DNA from: a virus
Strand: one strand, 5' to 3'
DNA length: 44,214 nt
Virus record (IMG/VR): IMGVR_UViG_3300011563_000001
Span: 1-44,214 of that record
The translations under genes and the position numbers were made by a program. The notes beneath the pieces are model-generated. The model ran no database searches and was not told the origin of the DNA. It worked only from the letters and a program-made list of their open reading frames with translations. Position 1 is the stretch's first letter; the number at the start of each line of letters is the position of its first letter. Positions 44,100-44,214 of the stretch are shown piece after piece.

Positions 44100-44214
44100 C
44101 AAGGTTTTTAAAATCCCTCCATCTCCGTATTTTACGATATTAGTTAATGATATCTTACTTAAAAACCTTGATAAATCAGGGTTTTTTATTTTATATAAAA
44201 CTTCTAATTATGGT
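44100..44214. repeat. Right copy of the perfect 115-bp direct repeat (attR-like boundary or assembly overlap)
   Basis: Identical to 1-115. Confidence 0.9.

Noticed and set aside
1-44214. I searched by eye for CRISPR arrays, tRNA/rRNA genes, reverse transcriptase/DGR or retron signatures, restriction-modification or methyltransferase genes, and known staphylococcal virulence cargo (PVL, sak, scn, enterotoxins).
   Set aside because: I saw no spacer-repeat arrays, cloverleaf-like sequences, YxDD motifs, methyltransferase motifs or toxin-like ORFs. Their absence is stated only to the limit of manual inspection.

Overview
The window is a complete temperate siphovirus of Staphylococcus type, either a prophage or a closed genome. 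It has about 44.1 kb of unique sequence, is AT-rich, and is bounded by a perfect 115-bp direct repeat (1-115 = 44100-44214). The layout is strongly modular. (1) The minus-strand lysogeny module holds a tyrosine integrase, a membrane-anchored DUF4352-like protein and a short XRE/cI-like repressor. (2) A divergent genetic switch carries two 15-bp operators inside the promoter spacers, followed by a cro-like gene and an antirepressor. (3) The early/replication module holds an ERF-type recombinase, a replisome organiser with internal iterons, a DnaB-type helicase, SSB, a DUF968-like protein, a free-standing NUMOD4-HNH endonuclease, a DUF1064-like protein, many tightly coupled small ORFs, a trimeric dUTPase and a late-gene activator. 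(4) The packaging and morphogenesis module runs TerS/TerL, portal, Mu-F-like head protein, scaffold, HK97-type capsid, connector proteins, major tail protein, G/GT chaperone with a GGGTTTT -1 frameshift site, tape measure, Dit, Tal, a beta-helix depolymerase-like protein and a BppU-type receptor-binding protein. (5) A virion CHAP+GH73 peptidoglycan hydrolase gene is split by a 992-nt group I intron that carries an HNH-AP2 homing endonuclease. It is followed by a repeat-containing fibre, a holin and a CHAP/amidase_3/SH3b endolysin. (6) A three-gene accessory region lies next to the right repeat. The most unusual item there is a minus-strand two-gene operon (YolD-like protein plus a 91-aa unknown) driven by a near-consensus promoter with a LexA/Cheo box in its spacer. 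No Y-family polymerase partner is present. The phage repressor also lacks any self-cleavage domain, so this operon is a candidate SOS-sensing module. No tRNA, rRNA, CRISPR array, reverse transcriptase or recognisable toxin/virulence cargo was seen. All family assignments come from motif recognition by eye, not from database searches.
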